From positions 288,001 to 352,000 of the forward strand of contig OZ253564.1 in NCBI GenBank assembly GCA_965262915.1: a DNA stretch of 64,000 nt, written 5' to 3'. The notes beneath the pieces were generated by a model. That model was not told the DNA's origin and did not search any database. It saw only the letters and a list, made by a program, of their open reading frames with translations. The translations under genes were made by a program, and so were the position numbers. Within the stretch, counting starts at the first letter, position 1; each line of letters begins with the position of its first letter. This document shows positions 62,808 through 64,000 of this stretch, piece after piece. This DNA comes from Candidatus Spongiisociaceae bacterium. GTDB lineage: Bacteria > Actinomycetota > Acidimicrobiia > Spongiisociales > Spongiisociaceae.

Positions 62808-63926
62808 ACCGGGTGGGTTGATCCTGACCTCGGACTCCCATAGGTTGTCATCGGTGTTCACTTCGTCCTCGACCACGGTCAGGCTGAAGGTCAGCAGGTA
62901 CTCGGTGCCGGGAGCGACAGACTCGGGGGCGAACAGCACGGATCCGAGTTCCCCTGGGGCGAGATCCACCGTGTGGCTGTCCGCGGTGGCGACCGCTTCG
63001 CCGGACTCGGTACGGATACCGACAGTGACCTTGAGGCCTTTCTGATCCACGTTGCCGCGGTTGCCGATCACCGCGCTGAACTGCAGCCGGTCCGTCGCCG
63101 GGAAGATGATCTCTCCGTCCTCGCCCAGTCCCCCGGACGGGAGGGGCTCGAACACCACCTGGAGTATGGCGACGTCGGGCCGGACCCCCATCTGGGTGCT
63201 GCCTCGAAGAATGCGGGCCAGCCTCTCAGCGTTGAGGAGCGCCCACTCCTCTCCGATGAAGGCAACAACCGGGAACTCGCTGATGGCGACGTCCAAACCC
63301 TCGATCATTGCGCTTGCCCGGTCCAGGAAACGGGCGTATACGAGATCACCCACCCGCAGGTGCGCGATGGCTCCTCCGAGCCGGTCCACCGGCGCCGTGT
63401 CCATCGGGTTGTCGATCACGTCGGTTGTGGCGGTCCGGAACTCGACCAGGCCAACCGCCCACGAATCGAAGGCCAGATCGAGCATCTCGCGTGCGGCCTG
63501 GGCCGATGCCGGCGTCTCGACCTCCTCCAGGCCGGTCGCCTGATGGGTCATCTCGGAAGCCAACCGGTCCATGAGCAGTTCGAAGTCGTCCCGTGCGAGG
63601 CTCCGGAGTTCGGTCCCGACCAGACGGCGGAACCCGGCTGCCACCTGGGCGACCTCCTGGGACAGGGTTCTGGTGGCGTCCAAGAAGGCCGCTTCGCGGC
63701 GAGTCTCGGTACCTCGATCGTTGACCAGCACTGCGGCTCCGACTATGACCGCCACTGCGAGCACGAACCACCACACGGTGCGCCTGCGACGTGACGGGTA
63801 CCGGCCGGGTCGGAGGTAGTTGCGCGCCACGGCCGGTCGTCCTGCCCGGATCAGGAGAGCGGGAAGGGTGTCTGGAGCCAGGCCGGGACGTCGGAGACCT
63901 CCACGGACTCGACCCACTTGACCCAC
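62805..63926 (-). CDS. Membrane-anchored protein with C-terminal CARDB/Ig-like domain
   Basis: N-terminal TM; IGNRGNV...LAPGE...EVNTDDN pattern; start uncertain. Confidence 0.75.
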   Translation of the reverse strand: MGQVGRVRGGLRRPGLAPDTLPALLIRAGRPAVARNYLRPGRYPSRRRRTVWWFVLAVAVIVGAAVLVNDRGTETRREAAFLDATRTLSQEVAQVAAGFRRLVGTELRSLARDDFELLMDRLASEMTHQATGLEEVETPASAQAAREMLDLAFDSWAVGLVEFRTATTDVIDNPMDTAPVDRLGGAIAHLRVGDLVYARFLDRASAMIEGLDVAISEFPVVAFIGEEWALLNAERLARILRGSTQMGVRPDVAILQVVFEPLPSGGLGEDGEIIFPATDRLQFSAVIGNRGNVDQKGLKVTVGIRTESGEAVATADSHTVDLAPGELGSVLFAPESVAPGTEYLLTFSLTVVEDEVNTDDNLWESEVRINPPG

Positions 63927-64000
63927 CAGAAACCCCGCCGACCGGGCGCCACGATCCGCGCCGGGAAGCCGTGACCGGCGCTCAGCGGGGCGCCGCCTAC

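Overview
GC-rich actinobacterial DNA, probably Acidimicrobiia-like (inferred from gene content only). About 60.5 kb is the right-hand part of a mosaic genomic island. It ends at a P4-type tyrosine integrase and a tRNA-Ser-like 3' fragment (60574-60586); core genes follow (ubiE/menG-type methyltransferase, serS, a membrane protein). The island carries IS110, ISL3, IS30, IS21 and IS1182 elements, mostly degraded. It also carries defence-type genes: an SNF2-DUF3883/DUF1156/DUF499 operon, DUF4062, HEPN, HepT-MntA, a GHKL-helicase fusion and a DUF4365-repeat protein. Surface proteins and the backbone of an unfamiliar mobile element are present too: catalytically degenerate DnaG, HNH lipoprotein, ParB, a YegP-like/SWIM repeat protein, AlpA, and two inverted repeat-rich non-coding blocks. 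The best sequence-level findings are these. (1) Two sibling IS110 elements have predicted bridge-RNA target guides that covary with their flanks, and both are aimed at the ends of a third IS110. (2) Two transposase-less ~200 bp IS110-like mini-elements are inserted into ISL3-type terminal repeats. (3) An 8-mer repeat module is shared upstream of alpA and the dead-primase operon. Domain calls come from motif recognition by eye, not from searches. Some frameshifts may be sequencing errors.
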